64,000 nt of DNA from Takakia lepidozioides (lineage: Eukaryota; Plantae; Bryophyta). Position numbers and translations under genes: made by a program. The stretch covers positions 71,486,001 through 71,550,000 of the forward strand of contig CM060731.1 in the NCBI GenBank assembly GCA_030704615.1. The letters are read 5' to 3'. Numbering within the stretch: position 1 is the first letter of the stretch; each line of letters opens with the position of its first letter. The notes beneath the pieces are model-generated. The model saw nothing but the letters and a program-made list of their open reading frames with translations, was not told the DNA's origin and ran no database searches. Positions 36,601-48,600 of the stretch are shown here, one piece after another.

Positions 36601-39600
36601 CTTAGTTTCTTGTTCTTGTTTCTTGAATGGAGTCTCTTGCACAAAATTTCCGTTGTTGATTGGCCGTTGCCTCATTAGGTAACTTCTCATTTTTACCCTA
36701 ATTTGTTCACATTCCATCTTGGAATGACCACTAGGACTGCATATGTGGCAAAGGTTCCCCTTTTCCGGACGTGTAAAGTGTTCCGTTACCTGCACCTTTG
36801 GATGCATTAATGGGCTCGTAATAAATTTCGAAACTTATGCAGGGTTGACTGGACCAAAATGGACGTTACCAGCACAGTTTTAGATGACTGCAATTGATGG
36901 TGTCATCAATTGAAATTGAATTAACTCATTAAAACCTGTGCAAAGGTAGGCTTCCCGCACTCAGTTCAAATTTCAGTCTAGCGCCGAGGGAATGCTTGGC
37001 GGCTTACCTGCAGGAGGTCTTGACCCTTAGGCAATCCCTTGAGCAGTAGAAACTTTTGGGCTGCTTTTTGGCTTTGGTTTTGTCTCCTCTCTCTTGTTTT
37101 TTCCATTTTGTCCCATAAGCTCTTTGAGCTTTCCGCGGACGTTATAAAATACCATTTTATTTCATTTCATCTTCTTCAATAAGCTCTTTCAGCTCTTTGT
37201 GGATGTTATGAAGTACCATTTCATTTCATTGTCACAGCCTATCGGTTACATCCCTGCTACCCCAGAATCTGCAAGGTTTCGAGATTTCTTCCAGAAATGA
37301 TCCAACAAACTCATCAGGCAAGAACTGATGGAACTCCATGTCAAGCAGACCTGTAAATCACAATTCCCCCTTACAACCAAAGCTACTGTTCTATGATTAT
37401 ACCTTCCTGGTCCTCAACGATGACAGAATCATACAACCCAATTAACTTGTTTGCACTGCTTTCTACATCTCTATTGCGGTCATTGGCACAGTACAATCTC
37501 AAGGCCACGATTCTCCCTCCCTTCAACCCACCCGCAAAGGTCATACTTCTGTCACAGGCTGTTGAGAAGATCTCAGTCAGTTCTATATGCAACAATCATG
37601 GGACCAGAGAAATGAAATGGTGCTTTATAACGTCCGAGAGAAATTCATCACAGCTCTCAAATTATACAGAGAAATTTCCCTGAAATCAGACATAACCATG
37701 TACTTATGCCCTACCTCTTTGTCGGCGCCTTCCCAGTTGGCTCAAACAAGCTGTCGATTGAGCTGGGGAAATGGTCTAGGGAGGAAATATGAGAGGTTGC
37801 AATATGTCGAGTATGCACGTTGCAGGAGGAGAGCGCCACTTCCTCTCATATCCTGCATACTATGAGCTCTGCAGGAGATACTACTGTCTTTTCAGAGACT
37901 CCCAATCCTTAGGGGAGGCTTCAGCTTTGAAGGTCCGAAGTGCCTAGTGGCCTACGGGCTTGAGCCACTTAGCTAGGGGGCCACTTGATATCTCCTGAAG
38001 TAGTTCCTGGTTTGTTCTACCCTGTCCCATGGGACCTCGTGGATGTTATATAGTTTCTTTCTTTAAAACCCTTCCACCCAAACCCAGGCCCTCACAACAT
38101 CTATCAGGCTCAAAACAGCTGTAATTTCAAGCGGTCCTGGTATGCTCGGGTGTCCAACTTTTCTGAGCGCAATGGACTCTCCATTGCTTTGCTGCTGCCA
38201 CAAAATACAGAAGGGGTGGATAATGCCTCCAAATAGGACTGCAATAGATGCATCAGAAGAGAACTTCTGGGACTGCATGTCAGATGGACATGGAAACCAG
38301 CCACTCTAACAACAAAACTGCACTTCTATCGGGAGACATTCCTGATTCTCCGTGACGATAGGATCTTGTGGCCTGATTGCCTGTCTGCAGCTCTCTGTCC
38401 CTTCCTTCTAAGCGCATTGAGGAGGTTCAGGGTGGGCTCACACAGTCTGCGGATAGAATGTACTCATAAGACATTGTTTGCCATAGCCTTGTGGCCACCC
38501 CGCGCCCAGTTTGAGCAGAACACAAAGGGAGAGAAACTACCTTTGTCAGGGGCTGACGCCGGTAGTATGATTTACCTTAGAACAGATGATTGATCCGAGT
38601 TTTCCAGATATCCTCTAGAACTCCCTTCACACAAGCATCAATCTGCTGTGTGTGATTTGCCCAATAACTAGGCCCCAAAAGGGCCTGGGCTTTTGGCTCA
38701 GCCTCGAGATTTGGGAAGTTTTTAAACGGAGGTACAGGCACAAATCCCTTGATGGATTTGAAGAGGGCATCTCTCTGTTGAGAGGACAGTAAATCAGAAA
38801 ATGACTGTTGTCTAGTCTGCGGATAGAGACTGGTAGGTGGGAAAATCTGCAATGGGACGACTGCCTATGCCCCGCTTGTGCTGGGAACTACAGGGAAATC
38901 GGAAGTGAAGAAATTTCTTCTTTCACTGTCTTTCATACCATGAGATCTGTGGGAGATTCAACTGTTTATTTGGGGATACCCGATCTCTCAATGAACTTGC
39001 TCATCAGGCAGTCCCAGCAAGCTCTGAAAGATTGTACTCATAAGACGTTGTTTGCCGCCTTGTGGCCATTGACCCCGCGCCCAGTTTGAGCGGGAACAAA
39101 AGGGACAGAACCTACCTCTGTCAGGGGCTGACATTGGTAGTAAGACTTACCTCCATATATAGAATTAATCCGGGTTTTCCAGATATCCTCTAGAAATCCC
39201 TTCACACAAGCATCAATCTGCTGTGTGTGATTTGCCCAAAAACTAGGCCTCAGGAGGGCCTGGGCTTTTGGCTCAGCCTCGAGACTTTCAAAGTTGGTAA
39301 ACAGGGGTACAGGCACAATACCCTTAATAGATTTGAAGAGAGCGTCTCTTTGGTGAGAGAACCCCGGACAGTGTATCAGAAAATGAATACTGTCTTCAGA
39401 TTGCCCACACAACGGGCAATTGCACTCTCCCTTTCCTCTCTGCTTCTGTTTGCTGTTCAAAGGTAGGCTTCCCGCCCTGAGTTTAAATTTCAGTCTAGTG
39501 CCGAGAGTGGGTAGACCCTTGAGGTCATCCAAGATGTCCTCCCCCATGTCACAGACTGAAAACAAGTTCAGGGAGGTTTTCTGCCTGACTTCATTTTCAT

Positions 39601-42600
39601 CAGTCAATCTCATGGCAACAGACATGGCATAGGACACTACAGCCTCTAAGTCAGATTTATCCAGCAGGGTCAAGACTTGCGGATCCAGGTCCAGGACTTA
39701 GCCTGTTTGACAGGGCGGTCCTGTTTCCAAGATATAGAGCCGATAAACTTAGGATATCTGGTGTTGGGCATATGTTGCAGCTGACCCCACCATCTGACCT
39801 TGAATTCATCTCGTCGGGACCTTAAGGACGGAATGCCAAACTCACCCCGAACAGCCACATTGGCTGTTTGGGAGCATGCTGACATACACTCCTTAAGCAC
39901 CCCCACTTGAATGGATTCTAGAGACTTAGCCTGGTTGGAGTTATCAACCCATAAGGCAGATCCGTACTCAAAGGCAGGTCTAATAACGCGACAAAGCATG
40001 GTTTTCTTAACCTCAGAGTTGACCCCTCTGCAGTGGAAAAATTTAGTGAGCCCCAGAGCTTTGCCCTTGCCAGTTTGAACAACTTTCCGGATATGTGCAT
40101 CCCAATTACAATTGGAGGAGAACTCAACGCCCAGGTAAGTGTAGGAAGGGAGGACCGGGATCTCTTGGCTACCCCACTGCCACTTAAGATCACTTCCTCC
40201 CTCTCCTCTGTCGTTGAATGCTACCACTGCACATTTGCTGACATTAGCCTCTAGCCCCCAAAGATCAAAGTATCTCTTCGCGCAATCAATCAACTCCTGG
40301 AGATTGGTTGGAGTCTCCCCTATGCCTGCGAAGTCATCCGCAAACATAAGGGCTGGTATGGTGGTATCACCCACCCTTAACCCAAATCCCTCACTTTCCA
40401 CATCCTCGAGGAGTTGATTGATTTAAACATTGAAGAGCAGAGGGGAGAGAGTACATCCTTGAGCTACACCTTGGTCTATGTCAAAGAAGTTGGACTTCTG
40501 TCCGTTAACAGTGACACAGCTTTTGGTGTGAGCATACAAGTTGTGGACAACTCTCCACATCTTTCCCTTGATCCCACAAGACCAGAGGCGGAACCATAGG
40601 CCATCTCTCCACACTGTGTCATAAGCCTTTTTGACATCCAGGAAATAGACATAAGTGGGTTTCCCTTCTTTTTTCCTTCCCTGGATAATCTGGCTGAGAG
40701 TGAAGATATGATCCACACAGCCCCTGTTTCGCCGAAAGCCAGCTTGGCCTTCGTGGAAACAACCTCTAGACTCCAGATCAACCTCGAGACGAGTACTTAT
40801 AACTCTGCAGAATGTCTTGCCAACAGCATTGAGGAGCGTGATGCCACGGTAGTTCCCCGGTTCTTCTCTGTCACCCTTCTTGTATAGATTGACAATGACC
40901 CCCTGTCGCCAGCGAAAGGGGATCATTTCAGTCTTCCAGATAAGGTTAAAGAGGAGAACTAGGGCCTCTATCATGGGATCGCCACCGTGCTTGATAAGCT
41001 CGTTGACAATACCATCAGGTCCACCAGCTTTATATCCATTTAAATGTTCAATTGCTTCCACAATCTCAGAAGAACTAATGGGAGCATTATAAGCCATTGA
41101 AATATACTCCAGTTCATCAGGGCTGTTTTGAATCATAGGAACAGTTTTTCCAACTGTGTCCCTCCATTCAGCAGAAGACCCCTCACTGTTAGACCTAGAA
41201 GTTCTGCCAAGGATACTGTAGTGAGTTTCAAAGGTTTTGACAATGTCAACCGATGAAGTCACCACTGCACCTTTAGTAGTCTTCAGCGCTTGTACTTGCT
41301 GACCGTTTTTCGGCTTGTACAAACGTTGAAGGGCCAACCAGAATTTCTTGTCATTACCACCATGGTGGTTTGAGTTTATTTCACTGTATAACTTGTCCCA
41401 GTATAATTTCTTCTGAGACCTAACAAGCTGATTGATATCTTTACGGAGCTGGTAGTACCTCGTCCACAATTCTCTGTTGGTTTTCAAATTGCAGCACTCT
41501 TTATAAAGGGCTCGTCTCTCAGCTATCTTGAGTTTGATCTCATTGGTCCACCAATTAACAGCTCTACCGCAGACATTTAGTTTCCTCCCAAGCTCTGAAA
41601 GAGAAGGAAAGGAAAGAAATGATATGAAATAAAATGGTATCTTCTAATGAAATGAAATGAAATGGTACCCAGGCCCAGTGGACAGAACAGATATAGGACC
41701 AAAGAAATGAAATGAAATGGTACTTTATAACTTTATTCATAACTATATTAACTTTTTACTTTGTAAGAAATGACAAAAATGAAGTGGTAAACTTTATAAC
41801 ATCCACAGGGGCATCCGTGGGCCTGGAACAAAGTAGGAAGTAGGGGGAAAAATGGTAGGAATGATGTACAAGCTGTAAATTTGTATGGTTTTCTCAACAG
41901 GCTGTGACAGAATGTGAGAGAGAAGCAGCTGCGTCACTAGCAGAGGTGCAGAAGAAAGCAGCTGACCTGTTTGTTCATGAGTCATGCATAGATGGCAGAG
42001 CACTTGAAATATCTGCCTTACAGGAAGAGTTGAGAGCCACTTCCCAGAGATTGCATGATGATCAGGAGGTAGTGAATCGAGAGAGGAACAAAGTTCAAGA
42101 GAAACTGCGGCAAGTTGCTGCAAGAGAGAGGGATGCAGACTCTAAGCTCCTTGTCATCAAGAAATTGCAAGAGGAGCTGGACACTCAGAAGGAGCAGTTG
42201 GAGAGGGAAAAATTGGCTGAAGAGAAGAAGAAAGAAAGGCTTGTACTGGCCCATAGAGAGACGGAGGCAAGGCTTGGGGCAAAAGAAATGGCACTCCGAG
42301 AGCTTGAAAAGGAGTTAGTAAACAGGGACTCTGCAGGAGAGGAAATGGCAAATAACCTGAGTGAGAGGGAAAAAATGTTAAAGAGCTTGCAGAAGCAGTT
42401 GGAACAAGAAAGGCTAAAAATACGAGAGATGATGACTGATCTGGAGAGGGACAAAGTGCGGTTGAAAGAGGCAGAAGAGGCCATAGCCGAAGCACACATC
42501 TCAAAGAAGAATGCTGATGAAGCGTGGGAGCGTACAGCAAAGGAACGCCGTGAGGCTGCCGATTATCTCAAGTCAGTTGAGGAGCGTGTGATGCAGTGGG

Positions 42601-45600
42601 AGGACCGGCTGCGGTTGAAAGAGAAAGAGCTGCAGCAGCAGCAGAAGACTATACAAGAGGTGGAGAGTCAAGCGAGAGAGGAACAGGAGCAGTCAGAGGT
42701 GAGGTTGGGCTACATTTGATGCGTAGTCAAGGAGCACTTCAAGTGGAATAGGAAAGTATATTTTTCCTGAAATTAGATTCAGTGTTTTCCTCCTGAAGGC
42801 TTTGTATAATCTCCAACAGCTGAGTGCTCATGCACATTGGTGTTAGTTGCACACCTCCCCAAGCATGCAAAGCTCTAGCTCAGAGGTTTGTGATTTTTAA
42901 GGAGATTTGACATGATGCTTATAATAATATCTCATCAATGACGCTTTTTCACATGTGTTGCACAACGTTTGTTGCAGGCGCTCCATGCAAAGCTGGTACT
43001 TGAGCAGGAAACTTGGACTGAAGAGCTGAAAGCCAAGCAAGAAAGTCTTGCCAAGCGCAGCAAGATCTTAGAAACCAAAGAAGCAGAGATAAAGAATGAC
43101 TTGGAGAAGCTGACTGAAGAGAGAAGGCTTGCGATCGATGAGATCAAGCGGTTTGCAGAGATGGAGGCGCGGGCCTGGGCAGCTGAGAGAGATCTGCAGA
43201 CAAAACATGATGAGCACCTCCAGGAAGTGAGTGCCTTTCAACCAATGTGTGGGTCATTAAGGTGGGCCATTGATGCACAAATCTGAAAGGTTGTTGTGAC
43301 ACAATAACAATCTACTAGGGCACTTGCACGAGTTGCCTAAGCACTTCATTACAGGTCATTCTTGGAATGGTGGGCTCTGCATGGGGTCAGTGTTGGTAAC
43401 TGGAGATACTCCAACCACCCCTGGCCAGTACGGTTAGACTGATGCCACAAGACTGGCCTGATGCAGCTGTAGTGTTGTCCCTGTGCCTGCTACTAATCAT
43501 GTTCAGAGTTTTAAGGCTCTCATGCAAATTTAATCCGCCCTCACAAGAAACTGTCTGTTCTCTTTGGACAGGTACGTAAGCATGCCAAGGAATACCATGC
43601 ACATGTGGAAGACCTTGAGATAGCCAAAAAAGAGGTAGAGAAAGAGTTTGAGGAAGTCCATGCAAAGAAACAGGAGCTGCAGATTTGGCAGCGAGAAGCT
43701 GAAGAGACTTTGCAGAATCGGATTGATAGCTTCATCCAAGGAAAGGAGGAATTGACAGCACAAATACAAGAGCTGGTTGTCCGCCTCTATCTACATCTCC
43801 CTGTGGAATTGGGTGTATTTGTTGTGCTGTCACCTCCCAAGCTCTAACTGCTACCATCCTTTTCGTTAACACTAGCTCTTTCTTTAAACACATCCCACCT
43901 CTGTCTCCAGTTTGAGTATGTCTCTTTCTCTTGCTTTTGGGCTGCTTGTGGAGGGCCCCTCTCTTTTTCTTGTTTCTTCTTTAAACCCTAAACTTCTGTC
44001 CCTGTCTCCTGGTGGGATGTCTTTCACTATGAGGATCAAAAATGCGTGGCAGCCTACCTACACGAGGCCTTCACCCTTAGACAATTGCTAGAACATTAAT
44101 TGTGGTTTCTGGATTTGTTCCTCTCTCATGTTTTCTTCCATTTTGTCCCATAAGCTCTACGAGCTTTCCGCGGACGTTATAAACCACCATTTCATTTCAT
44201 TTCATTTCCTTCTCAGGGCATTGGGGCAGTTCAGGGTGGGCTCCCACAATCTATGGATAGATTGTACTCATAAGATGGTGTTTACCGTAGCCTTGTGGCC
44301 ATTGACCCCGCGCCCAGTTTGAGCGGGAACAAAAGGGACAGAACCTACCTCTGTCAGGGGCTGACGTTGGTAGTAAGACTTACCTTCATATAAAGAATTA
44401 ATCCTGGTTTTCCAGATATCCTCTAGAAATCCCTTTACACAAGCATCAATCTGCTGTGTGTGATTTGCCCAATAACTAGGCCTCAGGCCTTGGCTTTTGG
44501 CTCAGCCTCGAGACTTTCAAAGTTGGTAAACAGGGGTACAGGCACAATTCCCTTGATAGAGTTGAAGAGTGCGTCTCTTTGGTGAGAGAACCCCAGACAG
44601 TGTATCAGAAAATGAATACTGTCTTCAGATTGCCCACACAATGGGCAATTGCACTCTCCCTTTCCTCTCTGCTTCTGTTTGCTGTTCAAAGGTAGGCTTC
44701 CCGCCCTGAGTTTAAATTTCAGTCTAGTGCCGAGAGTGGGTAGAAGTTCTGCCAAGGATACTGTAGTGATTTTCAAAGGTTTTGACAATGTCAACCGATG
44801 AAGTCACCACTGCACCTTTAGTAGTCTTCAGCGCTTGTACTTGCTAACCGTTTTTAGGCTTGTACAAACGTTGAAGGGCCAACCAGAATTTCTTGTCATT
44901 ACCACCATGGTGGTTTGAGTTTATTTCACTGTATAACTTGTCCCAGTATAATTTCTTCTGAGACCTAACAAGCTGATTGATATCTTTACGGAGCTGGTAG
45001 TACCTCGCCCACAATTCTCTGTTGGTTTTCAAATTGCAGCACTCTTTATAAAGGGCTCGTCTCTCAGCTATCTTGAGTTTGATCTCATTGGTCCACCAAT
45101 TAACAGCTCTACCGCAGACAATTAGTTTCCTCCCAATGATCTTGTCAGCCACGGAGGAAACAAAACTTTCCCAAGAGTCCACTGCTCTTTCGACTTCATT
45201 TCTTGCGTTGTCAGAGCGAGACTGAAGTTCTTGGTGTTGGAGTGTCAAGGTTATAGCCCTTGCACGGCACTTTGAGAACAGAACGGGACGGGTAGCTCAG
45301 TGGTAGAGCACCCCACCTGAATGGGGGAGGTCCTAGGTTCAATCCCTAGCCCAACCACACGCCAGTGGTTTTCCAACATGGTATCAGAGCCAAGGTTGGG
45401 GCGGTGGTCAGAATGGGTGGGCATTAGCTATAAGGGCTATGCCTTGAGGGGGAGTGTTGGAGTGTCAAGGTTATAGCCCTTGCACGGCACTTTGAGAACA
45501 GAACGGGACGGGTAGCTCAGTGGTAGAGCACCCCACCTGAATGGGGGAGGTCCTAGGTTCAATCCCTAGCCCGACCACACGCCAGTGGTTTTCCAACACT

Positions 45601-48600
45601 TGGAGCGATTGGACAAAATGAGGGAGAGCCTCTTGCAAGGCCTGGACGTACTCAGCCTTGACCTCCTCATTATGGAATTTTTCTATCGCCACTTCCGAAT
45701 CGAACGTTTCACAGATCTCTTGGTGGTGGGAAAACACCTTTTGATCTCAGTCCAAACCAGGAAGTGGTCAGAGGTACCAATATCAGTTCTGTCGATCAAC
45801 ACATTGGCACACTGGGGAAACAAATTTTTGTCCATTATGATATAGTCCACAATGGAACGTTCCCCAGTTTGGGATTTCTCACGAGTCCACTGCACTTGGT
45901 CACCTCTTGTCCTGCTATTCAAGGTCAAAAGCTGAAGCTCTTCCAGACAGTTAATTAACCGTCTGCCAGTAGAATTCAGCTCGTCCTCACCAAAAGGCCC
46001 AATGATATCGTCCTGATGGAGACCCTTTGCCCACCCGGGCATTGAAGTCACCCAATAGCACTACCTGACCTTTGGCAAGGAACGAAGCACAGTCCAGCTT
46101 TACATCTTCGAAGGCTTTGTCTGCGTCAGCACTAAGGGTCCCCTCTGTGGGCATGTAAACACAACCCACAAAGAGGTCCTTCGTACTCATGCCGCCCTTC
46201 AGATTCAGTTTTAGCCAGATACTATGCTCGTACCTCAAATCCTTGTTGATAATTTCACAATTATCAAACAAGAAATCACGGACAAAGAATCCAACCCCTT
46301 TTTGACCGCGTTTGGCAGAGGCTGCCTTGAGAGTACACATCCTACCTGCCCATTTATAACCATTGACATGTCCAACCAGTTTATCCGACGTTTCCCATGT
46401 TTCTTGCCCAGCACAGATATGAATATCATTAGTCCGAAGGACTTGTCCCACTTCGAGTTGTTTCCTTTGGTTAGTAAGCCCTGAGAAGTTGAAAGTGGCC
46501 AGCCGCAAGCCAGCCCTTTGCATGTGAATTGTTTGTCGTCTAGATAGCTTGTGATTGCTCCTGGACGGCGAACCGTTCTGCAAAGGGGGGACAGTTACCC
46601 CATGTGTAGATTTTGCTCGTCTTGTGTAGACTTTGAGAATTGGTAAACCATTCAGGGTTACAAATCCTTCAGTTACACGACGCTCAGGCTCCGCACACTT
46701 AGGGGCATATTGTCCGTCAGACTGCTTGGGGACAATTACCCCGTGTATAGATTTTGCTCGTCTTGTGTAGACTTTGAGGATTGGTAAACCATTTAGAGTA
46801 CCAAATCCTTCAGTTACACGACGTTCAGGCTCTGCACACTTAGGGACAGATTGTCCATCTGACGGCTTGGGGACAATTACCCCGTGTATAGAATTTGTTC
46901 GTCTTGTGTAAACCTTGAGGATTGGTAAACCATTCAGAGTACCAAATCCTTCAGATTCAGGACGTTCAGGTTCTGTACACTTAGGGGCATCTTGTCCTTC
47001 TGGCTGTTTGGATTCCACCGCATCCAGAGCATCAAACCGATTAGAAACTCTCAAGTTGAAGTCCTTGCCCTTGGTTGTCTTCCTAGAGCGCCCCATTGAA
47101 TCACCAATGTCTAAGACCGCTCTCCAGCCAGTCAAGGGACGAACTTCTTTGAGATTGAATTGATGTGGGACTCTATTAGAAGCACTTTTGGACATTGCAA
47201 CCTTCAACGTACCCCTGTTATCAATTCTCGAGATGGAACCATTAGCCAAGAATCCAAGCCTAAGCTAGAGCATGTAGTTTTAAAGGACACATCGTCCATC
47301 CTGGGATTCACCCCAAAAACTACACATGAAGCCCTAGATTTGGCATAAGTAACCAATTCCCAGGAATCACCCTGGGGAGTGTTGATGTTGATAGGAGCTA
47401 AAATATTGATTGATCTCGCAGGCTATAAGTTTAAGCACAGGAACCAACCCGAGCCCAAGTGCCGAGTATGCTATACAGAGCATACGACTGCCCAAATTGG
47501 GCGGAGGGGCTGCCCCCAAGCGGTAGGGGTCCGCTTGTTACCATTCAGAGATCACACTCCAGGGAGTTGCAGGGAATGGCCCGTGTAGGCATATTCTAAA
47601 GAGGGAAAGGCCCCAAGCTTTCCAACTAAATCCAATGCACTACCTTACCTGGAGCAAAACGCTTCAGGTCGAAACAAACAAGGACACGAGGTCACAAGGC
47701 CGGCATTTAGTCACAGAGACATTAATGTACTCCCGTATCAAGTCCACCCAATGGCAATAGGCTTCCTAGAGGACAGGGAGAGAAATCTATGGATAGAGAC
47801 TGGTAGATGGGAAAACCTGCAACGGGAGGATCGCCTATGCCCAGCGTGCACCGGGCGGAACCAGGAAATCGAAACTGAAGAACAGTTCTTCTTTTATTGC
47901 CCTCTATACTATGAGATCCGTGGGAGGTTCAACTCTCTACCCAATCTCTCACTGAGGTCTTCCATTATGAGGATCAGAAGTGCTTGGCAGCTCATCTGCA
48001 TGAGGCCTTGGCCCTTAGGCAATCCCTTGAGCAGTAGGGTTCTTCTGGGCTGCTTTTGGCTGTGGTTTTGTCTCTTCTTTCTTGTTTTTCCCTTTTGTCC
48101 CATAAGCTCTTTGAGCTTTCCACGGACGTTATAAAGTACCATTTCATGTCATTTCTTTCTCTTGTCCCATAAGCTCTTTGAGCTTTCTGCGGACGTTACA
48201 AAGTTCCATTTCATTTTTTTCTCTTGTCCCATAAGCTATTTGAGCTTTCAGCAGACGTCACCGTTTCATTTCATTTCTTCTTCTTCTGGGCCCTCCTTAA
48301 TTCCATCCCTCCCTAAGAACTTCCACGCGAGTAAGTCCCAGAAGCCAATAACTGCCTCTTTTCCACCCTTATGCATTGTTTTATACTTGGTAAGTGCTGT
48401 GATCTGTCTTGAACAAGTATAATGATGCCGTATATGACTGAAAGATTGTGGAGATGACCTAAGGCAAGCTACGAGAGTGGTTGTGCGTAAGTTAAACGTC
48501 TCACAAAGTACAGCCTATCATAATCCCCTGTTTGATTTCGAAATCCAGTAGTGTGTGGAACACAGATAAACTTGCTCTGAGGCCTTAGTGTCTCTGATGG

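Larger units (their letters stand above)
44262..47783 (-). mobile_element. LINE family A long copy (5' region, APE endonuclease, RT internally deleted)
   Basis: ORF 45987-47249 with ATFNFSGL, AGQETW, VLLGDFNA; continuation IVDYI/SDHFLV. 14-bp TSD AATCTATGGATAGA at 44248-44261 and 47784-47797. Deletion junction at 44741-44744. Confidence 0.92.
44211..48150 (+). mobile_element. LINE family B 3' fragment (44211-44261 + 47784-48150) hosting the long LINE A copy
   Basis: QFRVGSHNLWI|ETGRWENLQREDRLCPAC...; ends in the stem-loop and ATTTC tail. Confidence 0.85.

Noticed and set aside
45286-45577. Functional tRNA genes
   Set aside because: Embedded in LTRs, with acceptor-stem mismatches and an abnormal, variable anticodon loop.
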